A stretch of 64,000 bases of DNA, taken from Dehalococcoidia bacterium (GTDB lineage Bacteria; Chloroflexota; Dehalococcoidia; Plut-88900). Location of the stretch: NCBI GenBank assembly GCA_965207225.1, contig CBDBLV010000005.1:640001-704000 (forward strand). Direction: 5' to 3'. Made by a program: the position numbers and the translations under genes. Below are positions 11,934 to 22,119 of this stretch, in pieces; positions within the stretch are counted from its first letter, which is position 1; the number at the start of each line of letters is the position of its first letter. The notes under the pieces were generated by a model. That model made no database searches and was not told the DNA's origin. It saw nothing but the letters and a program-made list of their open reading frames with translations.

Positions 11934-13157
11934 CTACCTCCTGATGATCATGGCGCTGCTCTCGGTCTCCGTGCCCCACGCGAGGCAGGCGGCAATCTCC
12001 GCCTTCTTCAGCTGGCGGCAGCCCTTGTCTCGGTCGTACGTGTGCTTACCCTCCGCCCACTCGGGGCACGAGTCATCCGTCCGATGCCTCAGTTGCCGCA
12101 CGTTTTCTATCACCATCGCTATCCCATGCGTGTACCCCTCGGATAGGTGGCCCCCCGACAGATTGGACGGCAGCTTCCCGTCTATCTGCAGCGTACCTCC
12201 CTCCACGAACCCCCCGATCTCTCCCACGGGCGCGAACCCGTACCCTTCCAGCAATATGAGCGACGTGAACGTGAACGCGTCATACGCCGAAACGAAGTCT
12301 ATGTCGTCGTGCGTCACCCCCGACATCCCGAACAGCCGGTGCCGGCCGTAGTTCGCCCCAACATAGTGGATCTTCTCCCGGTTCCACCTGTAGGACGCGT
12401 CCGGCGTCTGTGTCCGGGCCGTGCCTCCCATGATGAACACAGGGGGCTGCTTCAAGTTGTATGCCCACTCCCGGGGCGCGACTATGATCGCTGCTGCCAC
12501 GTCCGTCTCCAGGCAGCAGTCAAACAGCCGGAACGGCTTCGATACCCACCGACCCTTCAGGTAATCGTCCATCGAAAGGGGCCGGTCGTAGAAGATAGAC
12601 TTCGGATTCAGGTTTGCATGTCTCCTGTGCGCCACCGCCACCTCCCCCAGGTGCCTGGAGGTCAATCCGTAATCACGCATGTATCTCATGCAGGTAAGCC
12701 CATGGTGCTGGGCCGGAGTCGTGAATCCCCACGCATCCCACATGTCAGATATGCTCGATACATTCGTCACCGGCGCCGGCCCGTCCGGGTCCTGGCCCCC
12801 GAACCTCAGCCCCGACCTCCCGTTCATCGAACGGAATATCACCATGTTCCGGCAGTACCCCGCCTCGATCAGCCCGATGGCGTGCGCCACCAGCGTCTCC
12901 GTGCTGTTGCCGCCCCCGATGATGTCCACCGCGTAGTCCAGCCGGATCCCGAGGGACGACGCCACCGCCGCTGAATCGCACGAGTCCCCGTACTGGTACG
13001 AGGTCATCCCGCTGATCTCCGACGGGTCCAGCCCAGAGTCCGCCATCGCATTCCGCACCGCCTCGCAGGCCATCGACAGCGTCGTACGGCCCGAAGGCCG
13101 CATGTGCGGGGTCTCGCCCACGCCCACTATGCAGTATTTGTCCGTTAGTGCTCCCAC
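11934..13157 (-). CDS. thiolase-fold SCP-x/Ltp2-like protein
   Basis: IVGVGET, FRLFDCCLETD, YDAFT, SGGHLSEGYTHG. Confidence 0.9.
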   Translation of the reverse strand: MGALTDKYCIVGVGETPHMRPSGRTTLSMACEAVRNAMADSGLDPSEISGMTSYQYGDSCDSAAVASSLGIRLDYAVDIIGGGNSTETLVAHAIGLIEAGYCRNMVIFRSMNGRSGLRFGGQDPDGPAPVTNVSSISDMWDAWGFTTPAQHHGLTCMRYMRDYGLTSRHLGEVAVAHRRHANLNPKSIFYDRPLSMDDYLKGRWVSKPFRLFDCCLETDVAAAIIVAPREWAYNLKQPPVFIMGGTARTQTPDASYRWNREKIHYVGANYGRHRLFGMSGVTHDDIDFVSAYDAFTFTSLILLEGYGFAPVGEIGGFVEGGTLQIDGKLPSNLSGGHLSEGYTHGIAMVIENVRQLRHRTDDSCPEWAEGKHTYDRDKGCRQLKKAEIAACLAWGTETESSAMIIRR

Positions 13158-13164
13158 GCTGCCT

Positions 13165-14388
13165 CTACCTCCTGAGAATCATTGCGCTGCTCTGCCCCTC
13201 GAACGACCACGCCAGGCAAGCCGCAATTTCTGCTTTCTTTAGCTGGCGGCACCCCTTGCTCCGGTCATAGGTGTGTTTTCCCTCCCCACATCCCGGACAC
13301 GCATCGTCTGCCCGGTGCCTCAGCTGCCGGACGTTCTCTATTACCATCGCTATCCCGTGCGTATACCCCTCCGACAGGTGCCCACCCGACAGATTGGACG
13401 GCAGCTTGTTGTCTATCTGCAGCGTCCCGCCCTCCACGAAGTCCCCAATCTCCCCCTCGGGCGCAAACCCGAACGCCTCCAGTAGAATCAGCGATGTAAA
13501 CGTGAAGGCGTCGTACGCCGACACGAAATCTATGTCGTCATGCCCCACCCCCGACATCCCGAACAATCTATTCCTCCCATAGTTCCCGCCCACCTTGTGG
13601 ATCTTCGGCATACCCCACGGGAACGCCGCACCCGGCGCCTGCACTCGTGCCGTGCCCCCCATGATGAACACTGGGGGCTGCTTCAGGTTGTACGCCCACT
13701 CCCGGGGCGCCACTATGATCGCCGCCGCCACATCCGTCTCCAGGCAACAGTCGAACAGCCGGAATGGCTTGGAAATCCACCGCCCTTTCAGGTAGTCCTC
13801 CATCGAAAGTGGCCTGTCGTAAAAGACTGCCTTGGGGTTCAGGTTCGCGTGCCGCCGGTGCGCCACCGCTACCTCGCCCAAGTGCCGGGAGGTGAGGCCG
13901 TAGTCGTGCATGTACCTCAGGCAGGTGAGGGAATGGTGCTGGGCGGGCGTCGTGAATCCCCAGGTTTTGTCGAAGTCCCCGACTCCCCTGATGACAGGTA
14001 TGGATGCCGACCCTCCCGGGTCCTGGCCCCCCGGCCTCCGCCCCGACCGGCCGTTCATGGACCGGAAAATCACCATGTTCCGGCAGTATCCCGCTTCAAT
14101 TAGCCCGATGGCGTGGGCCACCAGCGCCTCCGTGCTCGACCCTCCCCCGATGATGTCCATCGAGTAGTCCAACCTCATCCCCAGTGCTGACCCCACATCC
14201 TTCGAAGCACACGAGTCGAAGCCCTGGTAGGACGTCATACCGCCTATGTCCGAGGCTTCCAGCCCTGCATCGTCCAGCGCTTTGCGCACGGCCTCACAGG
14301 CCATGGACAACGTCGTCCGGTTGGAAGGGCGCATGTGAGGAGTCTCCCCCACGCCCACTATGCAGTACTTGTCGGTCAGGGCTCCCAA
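13165..14388 (-). CDS. thiolase-fold SCP-x/Ltp2-like protein (tandem paralog)
   Basis: Same length (407 aa) and same motifs as 11934-13157. Confidence 0.9.
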   Translation of the reverse strand: MGALTDKYCIVGVGETPHMRPSNRTTLSMACEAVRKALDDAGLEASDIGGMTSYQGFDSCASKDVGSALGMRLDYSMDIIGGGSSTEALVAHAIGLIEAGYCRNMVIFRSMNGRSGRRPGGQDPGGSASIPVIRGVGDFDKTWGFTTPAQHHSLTCLRYMHDYGLTSRHLGEVAVAHRRHANLNPKAVFYDRPLSMEDYLKGRWISKPFRLFDCCLETDVAAAIIVAPREWAYNLKQPPVFIMGGTARVQAPGAAFPWGMPKIHKVGGNYGRNRLFGMSGVGHDDIDFVSAYDAFTFTSLILLEAFGFAPEGEIGDFVEGGTLQIDNKLPSNLSGGHLSEGYTHGIAMVIENVRQLRHRADDACPGCGEGKHTYDRSKGCRQLKKAEIAACLAWSFEGQSSAMILRR

Positions 14389-14609
14389 AGCGCTACAACC
14401 TTAAACCATTTCCCCCTAGCTTTCCACAGGTCTAGGGTGAAGCTAATAGCTGTTCTTACCCTTGTTCGGGACCTCTGGATAACCTGTGAACATAGGGTCT
14501 GGGCCGCTCATGCTGAGGCCCTCGAAGTATGAGTGGGGGGGTCGTACGGGCCTGGATAATGCGCCCAATTGGCCTATATCTACAGTTACGCAAATGCGCC
14601 GTGACTCGG

Positions 14610-15911
14610 TCACGGAATATGCGGAGCTGGCTCTGTCCCTATATGCCCCTCCTCTTCCAGCTGCCTAACCCGCTCATCGTCGTATCCCAGTAGCTCCCTG
14701 TACACGTACTCGTTCCCGTACCCCAGGTGCGCCGGAGGCTTCCGGATAGCATTAGGAGTCTTTGCCATCTTCCACATGAACCCGACATGGTCGTGCACCC
14801 CGAGGTCCGGGTCATTCACCCTCTCAAAGAACCCCCGGGCCTCGATGTGCGGATCGGAATGTGCCCCCCTCTCGTCCAGCACCGGCGCAGCCCCCACCCC
14901 GACCTCCTGCAGCCTCTCCATCACTTCGTAATTCGTCAGAGCTTTTGTCCATTCCTCCAACTTGCCGTCTATCTCTTCCTGGTTCTGCCACCTACCCAAC
15001 ACTGTCCTGTATTTCCTCTCCTTCACCCATTCCGGCTCCCCCATCGCCCGACACATTGCCTCCCACCCCGCATCGCTTCCCACCGATATCGCCACCCAGG
15101 AGTCCTCTCCCTTGCACCGGTACACCCCGTGCGGCGCCATAGACGTATGCCCGTTCCCAAGCGACGACCTCACCCTCCCGTTCATCGTGTAGTCCATGAT
15201 CGGCGCCGCTAGGTACGGAATGAAGTTCTCGCACAGCGGTATTTCGATTAGCTGTCCCTCTCCCGTGCGCCTCCGATGCCTCATGGCCATCAATACTGCC
15301 ATCACTGCGCTATATGCCGCTCCCGCATCGCTCTGGTTCGACTCGGGCCTCTGCGATATGTCCGTGTCCCGGTATCCCTTCAGCCAGCTGTGACCCGCCA
15401 CCCCCTCCACGTGCTGGCCCCACGACCGGTACCTGTGGTACTTACCCTCCAGCCCGAACGCCGGCATCCTCACCATGATGATTCCGGGGTTGTGCTTCTT
15501 CAGTTCAGCATACGTCAGCCCAAGCTTCTTCATCGTGTCCGGCATGTTGTTCTCTAGGAACACGTCCGCCTTGGACACCAGGTCCATCAGCACTTCCAGC
15601 CCCTTCTCCCGGGTCACGTCCACTGTCATGCTGCTCTTGTTGCGGGCATGAGTGTTGAACAGCGCCCCCCTGTCCCATGCCCGGGCCTCCGGGTACCGAC
15701 CCGCATACCCGTATCCCATCTCTATCATCATCTGAAAATACTCTTTGCTCGGCTTCATCAGCCCCGTCCGAGTCGTCGTGCCCAGGAACTGCGTCGACTC
15801 CACGCGAATCACGTCCGCGCCCCAGTCGGCCAGTATCTGCCCGGCATGAGGCCCAGCCCACACCACCGTGACTTCCAGCACCCTTATCCCTTCGAGAGGT
15901 AACTTACCCAA
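14610..15911 (-). CDS. family III CoA-transferase (CaiB/BaiF)
   Basis: LEGIRVLEV, WAGP, GADVIRVE, RNKSS, ADVFLEN, PAFG. Confidence 0.93.
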   Translation of the reverse strand: MGKLPLEGIRVLEVTVVWAGPHAGQILADWGADVIRVESTQFLGTTTRTGLMKPSKEYFQMMIEMGYGYAGRYPEARAWDRGALFNTHARNKSSMTVDVTREKGLEVLMDLVSKADVFLENNMPDTMKKLGLTYAELKKHNPGIIMVRMPAFGLEGKYHRYRSWGQHVEGVAGHSWLKGYRDTDISQRPESNQSDAGAAYSAVMAVLMAMRHRRRTGEGQLIEIPLCENFIPYLAAPIMDYTMNGRVRSSLGNGHTSMAPHGVYRCKGEDSWVAISVGSDAGWEAMCRAMGEPEWVKERKYRTVLGRWQNQEEIDGKLEEWTKALTNYEVMERLQEVGVGAAPVLDERGAHSDPHIEARGFFERVNDPDLGVHDHVGFMWKMAKTPNAIRKPPAHLGYGNEYVYRELLGYDDERVRQLEEEGHIGTEPAPHIP

Positions 15912-15927
15912 TCGCCTTCTCCAACAC

Positions 15928-17121
15928 TTAAACGACTCCCGCCTGCCTCAGTTTTGAAAGCTCTTCCCGGCTATAGCCCAGCATCCCGCAATACACTTCC
16001 TCATTGTGCTGCCCCAAAGTCGGTGCCGCCGACTTCACCTGCCACGGTGTCCGGTACATCTTCAACGACTTCCCGGGCATCGTCATCTCTCCCGCGATCG
16101 GGTGTTTGACCTGCGCCCACATCCCCCGTTCCCAGAAATGACCGTCGCTAAGCAGATCTTCGGTTGTGTTTACGACCCCGGACAACACCCTCTTCTGCTG
16201 CGCGATCTCCCAAGCCTCCAGTTTCTGCTTGCCGTATAGCCAGGAGATGATTATCCCGGAGATCTCTTCGATGTTCGCCGGGTCCCGTCTCCCTTCCGGC
16301 GTATTGAACCGCGGGTCCTCCATTAGGTCCTCCCGCTCAATCAGCCTGCACACCCGGTCGAACCCGAACTCTCCTCCCAGCAGGTTGATATACCCGTCCG
16401 AACACGGAAAGGGCCCCGACCCTATGCCCATGTGGTCCAGGTTCCTGTCCCCCACCGTACCCGTGTACGAATACGCCAGCAGCTTCGCCGCCCGACGGTC
16501 GATATTCCCCAACTGTACCTCCGCCGCCGCTATGTCGATATAGTCCCCTTCCCCCGTGGCCTCCGCCCTGTGGAACGCCACCATCCCCGCCGTTGCCGCT
16601 GCCAGCCCGGTGTGCAGGTCCGACACGTTGTTGGCCGCGTTCACCGGCTCTCGCTCCGGGTTGCCTGTGAAGTACATCGGGCCGCCGAAAGCGTAGGGTT
16701 GTATCTCGTAGCTCTTGTAGTCCTTGTAAGGCCCACTCTGCCCGAAGGGCGTTATCGACACCGCGACCAGCGCCGGGTTGACCCTCTCCATCTCCTCGTA
16801 GGTCAGGCCCAGGCCATCCATCACCCCAGCCCCCCTCCCCTCCACCACCATGTCCGCCCAGCAGAGCAGGTCCTTCAGTACCCTCCGCCCCCGCCCCGAC
16901 TCCAGGTTCAGCGTGATGCCCTTCTTGTTGACGTTCAGGTACTGAAAAAGCCCGCTGGTCTCGGGATTGGGAATGTCCCCCAGGAAAGGCCCCGACATCC
17001 GCAGCGGGTCCCCATGCAAGGGCTCCACCTTGATAACCTCGGCCCCAAAGCAACCCAGTAACCTCGTGGCATTCGCAGGCGGAATCCCAATGCCCAGGTC
17101 CAGCGCCTTCACCCCTTCCAT
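15928..17121 (-). CDS. family III CoA-transferase (CaiB/BaiF); start uncertain
   Basis: GAEVIKVEP, NVNKKGITLNL, ITPFGQSGPY, APTLGQHN. The ORF-track N-terminal extension is probably non-coding. Confidence 0.92.
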   Translation of the reverse strand: MEGVKALDLGIGIPPANATRLLGCFGAEVIKVEPLHGDPLRMSGPFLGDIPNPETSGLFQYLNVNKKGITLNLESGRGRRVLKDLLCWADMVVEGRGAGVMDGLGLTYEEMERVNPALVAVSITPFGQSGPYKDYKSYEIQPYAFGGPMYFTGNPEREPVNAANNVSDLHTGLAAATAGMVAFHRAEATGEGDYIDIAAAEVQLGNIDRRAAKLLAYSYTGTVGDRNLDHMGIGSGPFPCSDGYINLLGGEFGFDRVCRLIEREDLMEDPRFNTPEGRRDPANIEEISGIIISWLYGKQKLEAWEIAQQKRVLSGVVNTTEDLLSDGHFWERGMWAQVKHPIAGEMTMPGKSLKMYRTPWQVKSAAPTLGQHNEEVYCGMLGYSREELSKLRQAGVV

Positions 17122-17290
17122 AGCGCGCGGGGGCAGGAAGGCATCGAGCTTATGGGTGTCCAGGTATGGCAACGGTTGCGCTGGGAAGGTGGTCGGGTTC
17201 CGGGGATTATAGCATCGGCATTGTGCCAAATCGGGCTTTAGGTACACCCTCCCGTCTGTTAGAATCACCCCATCCACCCGAGGTAATTTC

Positions 17291-18064
17291 ATGGGCTTCG
17301 TAACTGTAGAAGGCAGAAACGTCCACTACCAGTTCCCGTCCCAGGCCGAGGCCCGCGTCCGCCAGGGCCATAACGTCCTCATGGTTCACGGCGCCGTCGA
17401 CAACCATCTCGTCTGGCGTCACCAGCACGCCTACCTTGAGCGTGAACACACCCCCCTCTCCATCGACCTCCCGGGTCACGGAGACTCCCAGGGGCCCCCC
17501 ATCGACACCCCCGCCGACTTCCGGCACTTCATCAAATCCTTCGTCGATGTCATGGACCTCGCCCCCTTCGTATTCGCCGGCCACTCTATGGGCGGCTCCA
17601 TGGCTCTGGACTACGCTATCCACCACCCCGACGACGTGACAGGCCTCATTCTGGTAGGGGCCGGTGCTCATTGGGAGCTGTCCGCCGAGCACCTTGAACT
17701 CTGGACCACCGACCCCGAGCGTGCCCAGCGTGAAAACGTCGCCCTCCTCTTTTCGAAGAAGACCTCTCAGCGCCTCGTCGACGAATACGCCAAACAGCTT
17801 GCTGCCCAGGGACCCGGGACCTGCACCGCCGACTTCCTCAATTGCGACCGCTACGACCTCCTCGGCCAAATCAATCAAATCCAGGTCCCGACCCTCGTTG
17901 CCGCCGGAGACGAAGAGGAATGGCTCGAAAATTCCCGAGAAATCCACGACAGTGCCATGAACACCACCTTCGAGATAATTCCCGCCGCCGGTCACGCTGT
18001 CATGATCGAGCAGCCGGCCCTCCTGAACGAAAAATTCGGGGCCTACCTGGAATCCCTGCCCTGA
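17291..18064 (+). CDS. alpha/beta hydrolase
   Basis: VHG, DLPGHGDS, GHSMGG, AGH. Confidence 0.92.
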   Translation: MGFVTVEGRNVHYQFPSQAEARVRQGHNVLMVHGAVDNHLVWRHQHAYLEREHTPLSIDLPGHGDSQGPPIDTPADFRHFIKSFVDVMDLAPFVFAGHSMGGSMALDYAIHHPDDVTGLILVGAGAHWELSAEHLELWTTDPERAQRENVALLFSKKTSQRLVDEYAKQLAAQGPGTCTADFLNCDRYDLLGQINQIQVPTLVAAGDEEEWLENSREIHDSAMNTTFEIIPAAGHAVMIEQPALLNEKFGAYLESLP

Positions 18065-18100
18065 AGCCCTTGTCCGTAGTCACATGAGTTGGGGGAACAG

Positions 18101-18871
18101 ATGCCAAACGTACAGGTAAACGGCAAGAACGCCTTCTACGCCAGCCCGAGAGACCTCGCCGCAGGCCAGCAAAAGGGCAAGATAGTGTTGCTGGTGCATG
18201 GCGCACGAAGCAATCACAAGATTTGGGCCCCTCAGCTCCAGGCCCTAGCCCCGTGGCACACCCCCATCGCCATGGACCTCCCCGGACACGGCGACTCCGA
18301 AGGACCCGGCGCCACCAACGTCTCCGACTATCGGGACTTCGTCAAAGCCTTTGCCGACACCCTCGGCCTCGAATCTTTCGTCATGGCCGGCCACTCCATG
18401 GGCGGCTCCATCGCCCTCGACTACCTCCTCGCCTATCCCGGCGTCGAGGCCTACATCCCCGTCGGCTCCGCCCCCCAGTGGAACATCGACGACGCATACA
18501 TAGACGTCTACCGCAAAGACCCCGAGAAGGCCATCCAGGAGAGCGCAGGCCGAAACTTCTCCAAGAGCACTCCCAGGGCCATAGTCGAGCTAAACGAGTG
18601 GAACAACAGCACAACCCCTATAGAGGTCGGCATCGGAGACCTGGAGGCCTGCAACGCCTTCAACCAGGCCCCGAGGCTCGGCGACGTCAATGTCCCCACC
18701 TGCGTCATCTGCGGCGAGGAAGACCTCTACGTCGACGGCTCCCAGGCCCTCCGCGATGGCATTTCCGGCTCCCAGGTCCACTGGATCAAAAACGCCGGCC
18801 ACGACCCCTCCATCGAACAACCCCTCGCCACCAACCAAATCCTCCTCGATTTCCTCAACTCCCTAGCCTAG
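18101..18871 (+). CDS. alpha/beta hydrolase (paralog)
   Basis: VHG, DLPGHGDS, GHSMGG, AGH. Confidence 0.92.
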   Translation: MPNVQVNGKNAFYASPRDLAAGQQKGKIVLLVHGARSNHKIWAPQLQALAPWHTPIAMDLPGHGDSEGPGATNVSDYRDFVKAFADTLGLESFVMAGHSMGGSIALDYLLAYPGVEAYIPVGSAPQWNIDDAYIDVYRKDPEKAIQESAGRNFSKSTPRAIVELNEWNNSTTPIEVGIGDLEACNAFNQAPRLGDVNVPTCVICGEEDLYVDGSQALRDGISGSQVHWIKNAGHDPSIEQPLATNQILLDFLNSLA

Positions 18872-18975
18872 CCGTGAGACAAGCTGCGCATCTGGAGTCG
18901 GTCAATAACCCTCAACTTACCCTGTGTTAACATTCCCACCGGACCCCACCCCCCCACCCAAAGGAGAACCGACCC

Positions 18976-20136
18976 GTGACCGGCTGCCTTGACGGAGTAA
19001 AAGTTCTGGAGCTCGCCCGCTATCAGGCCGGGCCCCGGGCCGGCATGGTCATGTCCGACATGGGCGCCGAGGTTATCAAGGTCGAAAAGCCCGGCGGCGA
19101 GGAGACCCGTGCCCACGCTCCCCTAGTCAACGGCACCAGCGTCTACTTCACCGTCTACAACCGCGGCAAGAAGAGCATCACCCTCAACATGCGCACCGAG
19201 GAGGGCAAGGAGATCTTTCGGGAGCTCGTCAAGACCGCCGACGTCGTCCTCGAAAACTTCCGTCCCGGCGTCATCGCCAAAATGGGCTTCTCCTACGAAG
19301 AGCTCAAGAAGATCAAACCCGACATCATCCTCACCTCCGTCTCCGGCTTCGGTCAGTACGGCCCCTACAAAAACCGACCCGCCTTCGACCCCATCGGTCA
19401 GGCTATGTCTGGCCTCATGGAGGTCACCGGCATCCATGAAGGCCACCCCGTCCTCACTGGCTCCCCCATAATCGACCGCATTACCTCTCTCCACGCCTGC
19501 ATCGGCACCCTAGGCGCGATCATCCACCGCAACACCACTGGCGAAGGCCAGATCATCGACGTAAGCCTCCTGGACACCGGCGTCACCCTCATGGAGATCC
19601 CCATATCTCACCACATGGGCACGGGTGCCGGACTTGAAGACTACTACGCCTCCGTCTACAAGGCTAAGGACGGATACGTCACCATCCCAGCTACTTCCCG
19701 CACCCTCTGGACCCGGGTCTTCCTCGCCATGGGCCAACACGAGCTAGCCGAAGACCCGACCATCCTCGGATTCGAGGCCGATGCAGGCTCCAAGGCCAAG
19801 CGTCTCAAACTCCTCACCGACTGGGTCGCCTGCAATACCGTCGCTGACATCACCGAAAAGCTCGTCGCCAACGAGGTCCCGGTCGGCCCCGTCCAGACAC
19901 CCGCCCAGATGTCCCGGGACCCACATATGAGCGAACGCGAGATGATGGTTCCCGTCCCCACCGAGAACGGCCAGCATGAGATCATGGCCCCGGGCCTGAG
20001 TATAAAATTCTCAAAGACCAGGGGTGCCGTTGGCAAGGTCCCCGCCGCTGGCGAACACACCTGCGAAATCCTCGGCCAACTCCCCGGCATGACCCCCGAC
20101 AAAATCGAAGACCTCCGGGCCCGCGGCGTTCTCTAG
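18976..20136 (+). CDS. family III CoA-transferase
   Basis: AGP, GAEVIKVE, NRGKKS, ENFRPG, SGFGQYGPY; AAGGAG RBS before GTG. Confidence 0.94.
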   Translation: MTGCLDGVKVLELARYQAGPRAGMVMSDMGAEVIKVEKPGGEETRAHAPLVNGTSVYFTVYNRGKKSITLNMRTEEGKEIFRELVKTADVVLENFRPGVIAKMGFSYEELKKIKPDIILTSVSGFGQYGPYKNRPAFDPIGQAMSGLMEVTGIHEGHPVLTGSPIIDRITSLHACIGTLGAIIHRNTTGEGQIIDVSLLDTGVTLMEIPISHHMGTGAGLEDYYASVYKAKDGYVTIPATSRTLWTRVFLAMGQHELAEDPTILGFEADAGSKAKRLKLLTDWVACNTVADITEKLVANEVPVGPVQTPAQMSRDPHMSEREMMVPVPTENGQHEIMAPGLSIKFSKTRGAVGKVPAAGEHTCEILGQLPGMTPDKIEDLRARGVL

Positions 20137-20170
20137 TATCCCTATTTCAATTCGCCCATAACAAATCCCA

Positions 20171-21304
20171 ATGGAATCAATCAAAGACAAGTGCGCCATC
20201 ATCGGCATCGGTGAGACCGAGTACTCCAAGGACTCGGGTCGCAGTGAGCTTTCCCTCGTTCTAGAAGCCTCCATGAAGGCCATCGACGATGCCGGCCTCC
20301 AACCCGAGGACATAGACGGCATGGTCCGTTTCGTAGTGGACCCTACCCCCGAGGAAGAGGTCATTGCCTCCCTCGGCATCCCAGAGCTCACATTCTTTGA
20401 CGAGCTTGCCTACACCGGCACCGCCGCCGGTGGCCTTGTAGCCCACGCTTGCATGGCTGTCGCCACTGGCTTGGCCAACAACGTCCTCCTCTATCGGGCC
20501 ATGAATGGGCGGTCCGGCAAGCGATACGGCTCTGGCGCCATAACCGGCCGCCGAGGGCAGGGTCAGTCGGCATTCATGGAACCCTTTGGCCTCCTCGTCC
20601 CGGGCCAGCAACTCGCCATGTACGCCCGACGCCATATGTACGAATACGGCACCACCAGCGCCCACTTCGGCGCCATATCCGTCGCCTGCCGAAAGCACGC
20701 CAACATGAACCCCCGAGCCATCATGTATGGCCGACCCATGACCATCGAAGACCACCAGAACTCCCGCATGATCTATGACCCCTTCCACCTCTTCGACTGC
20801 TGCCTGGAGACCGACGGCGGTGCCGCCATCGTCATCTCCTCCTCCGAACGTGCAAAGGACATGCGCCAACGACCCGTCTACGTTTCCGCCGTCGCCCAGA
20901 GCCTCGTTCCCCCGATCATCGAAAACGGACCTATTTCCCAGACCGTAGCCGCAAAAGCCGGCCCCCGACTCTTCAACATGGCTGGTATCACCCCCCAGGA
21001 CATAGACGTCGCACAAATCTACGATCACTTCAGCGCCCTGGTGCTTTTTGCCATCGAAGACTACGGCTTCTGTCCCAAGGGAGAGGGCGGCCCCTTCGTT
21101 GAAGGTGGCCGCATAGAGATTGGCGGCGAGTTGCCCATAAACACCGCCGGAGGCCACCTCTCCGAGGCCTATGTCCACACCGTCAACCACATCATCGAAG
21201 GCGTCCGGCAGTTGCGTGGCACCTCCACCGCCCAGGTCCCCGATGCCGAGCACGTCCTCGTAGACACCGGCGAAGGCGTCGGCGCCATGGTCCTCCGCAG
21301 GTAA
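20171..21304 (+). CDS. thiolase-fold Ltp2-like protein
   Basis: IIGIGETEY, LFDCCLETDGG, IYDHF, NTAGGHLSEAY. Confidence 0.9.
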   Translation: MESIKDKCAIIGIGETEYSKDSGRSELSLVLEASMKAIDDAGLQPEDIDGMVRFVVDPTPEEEVIASLGIPELTFFDELAYTGTAAGGLVAHACMAVATGLANNVLLYRAMNGRSGKRYGSGAITGRRGQGQSAFMEPFGLLVPGQQLAMYARRHMYEYGTTSAHFGAISVACRKHANMNPRAIMYGRPMTIEDHQNSRMIYDPFHLFDCCLETDGGAAIVISSSERAKDMRQRPVYVSAVAQSLVPPIIENGPISQTVAAKAGPRLFNMAGITPQDIDVAQIYDHFSALVLFAIEDYGFCPKGEGGPFVEGGRIEIGGELPINTAGGHLSEAYVHTVNHIIEGVRQLRGTSTAQVPDAEHVLVDTGEGVGAMVLRR

Positions 21305-21310
21305 CCGACC

Positions 21311-21727
21311 ATGCCTGAAAACACCCCCCTCCCCCTTCCCGTCCCCACCATCGACAATCAGGCCTTCTGGGAAGCCTGCAACCGACAAGAGCTAATCATC
21401 CAGCACTGCCCCCGCTGTGACACCCTCCGACACCCCCCCAGACCCCTTTGCCCCCGCTGCCGACAGGGAAATCTGGGCTGGAAGCAAGTATCAGGCCTCG
21501 GGACCATCTACAGCTACACCATCACCCACCAGGCCATCCATCCCGCTCTGAAAGACCGGGTCCCATGGAACGTCATTATGGTCGACCTCGACGAAGGTGT
21601 CCGCATGATCAGCCACCTAGTCGACTGCCCCACCGAGAACATCCGGATCGGCATGCGCGTCCAAGCCGTCTTCAAAGAAGTCGAAGTTGGCGTAACCCTC
21701 CCCTACTTCCGCCCTGCCGCTACGTAG
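21311..21727 (+). CDS. DUF35 Zn-ribbon/OB-fold protein
   Basis: CPRC..HPPRPLCPRC, GTIYSYT, VDLDEGVRM. Confidence 0.93.
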   Translation: MPENTPLPLPVPTIDNQAFWEACNRQELIIQHCPRCDTLRHPPRPLCPRCRQGNLGWKQVSGLGTIYSYTITHQAIHPALKDRVPWNVIMVDLDEGVRMISHLVDCPTENIRIGMRVQAVFKEVEVGVTLPYFRPAAT

Positions 21728-21856
21728 CGAATGCGGATATTATCCCCGCTCGCCCTTAGCCTGTTGAGGAGCCACTCGGGGGAGTATAGCCCGGCCCTCA
21801 CTCGGCACTCGTAATTGACCCCCCCACCCCGCCCCTGCTATATTCCACCCCGGATC

Positions 21857-21932
21857 GGGGATGTAGCTCAGTTGGGAGAGCGCCGCGTTCGCAATGCGGA
21901 GGCCGGGGGTTCGAATCCCCCCATCTCCACCA
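21857..21932 (+). tRNA. tRNA-Ala (anticodon CGC)
   Basis: GGGGATG/CATCTCC acceptor with G3:U70; anticodon arm CCGCG-TT-CGC-AA-TGCGG; GGTTCGAATCC; encoded CCA; TTGACC-18-TATATT promoter upstream. Confidence 0.97.
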
Positions 21933-22119
21933 CCCCACCCGATTCCGCCCCCTCCTAAACTCTAGCTGTGGTGCTGGCGCTGCGGTCGCACTGCAACCGA
22001 CTTGAATCTGTCGGCCTCAAAGTCCGAATACATGAATTGAAGATCGAGCCGTCTACCCTGCCCCATCAACGCGATTTCAGGATATCCCGACTCACCTGGC
22101 CCCACTAGCGTATCTACCC

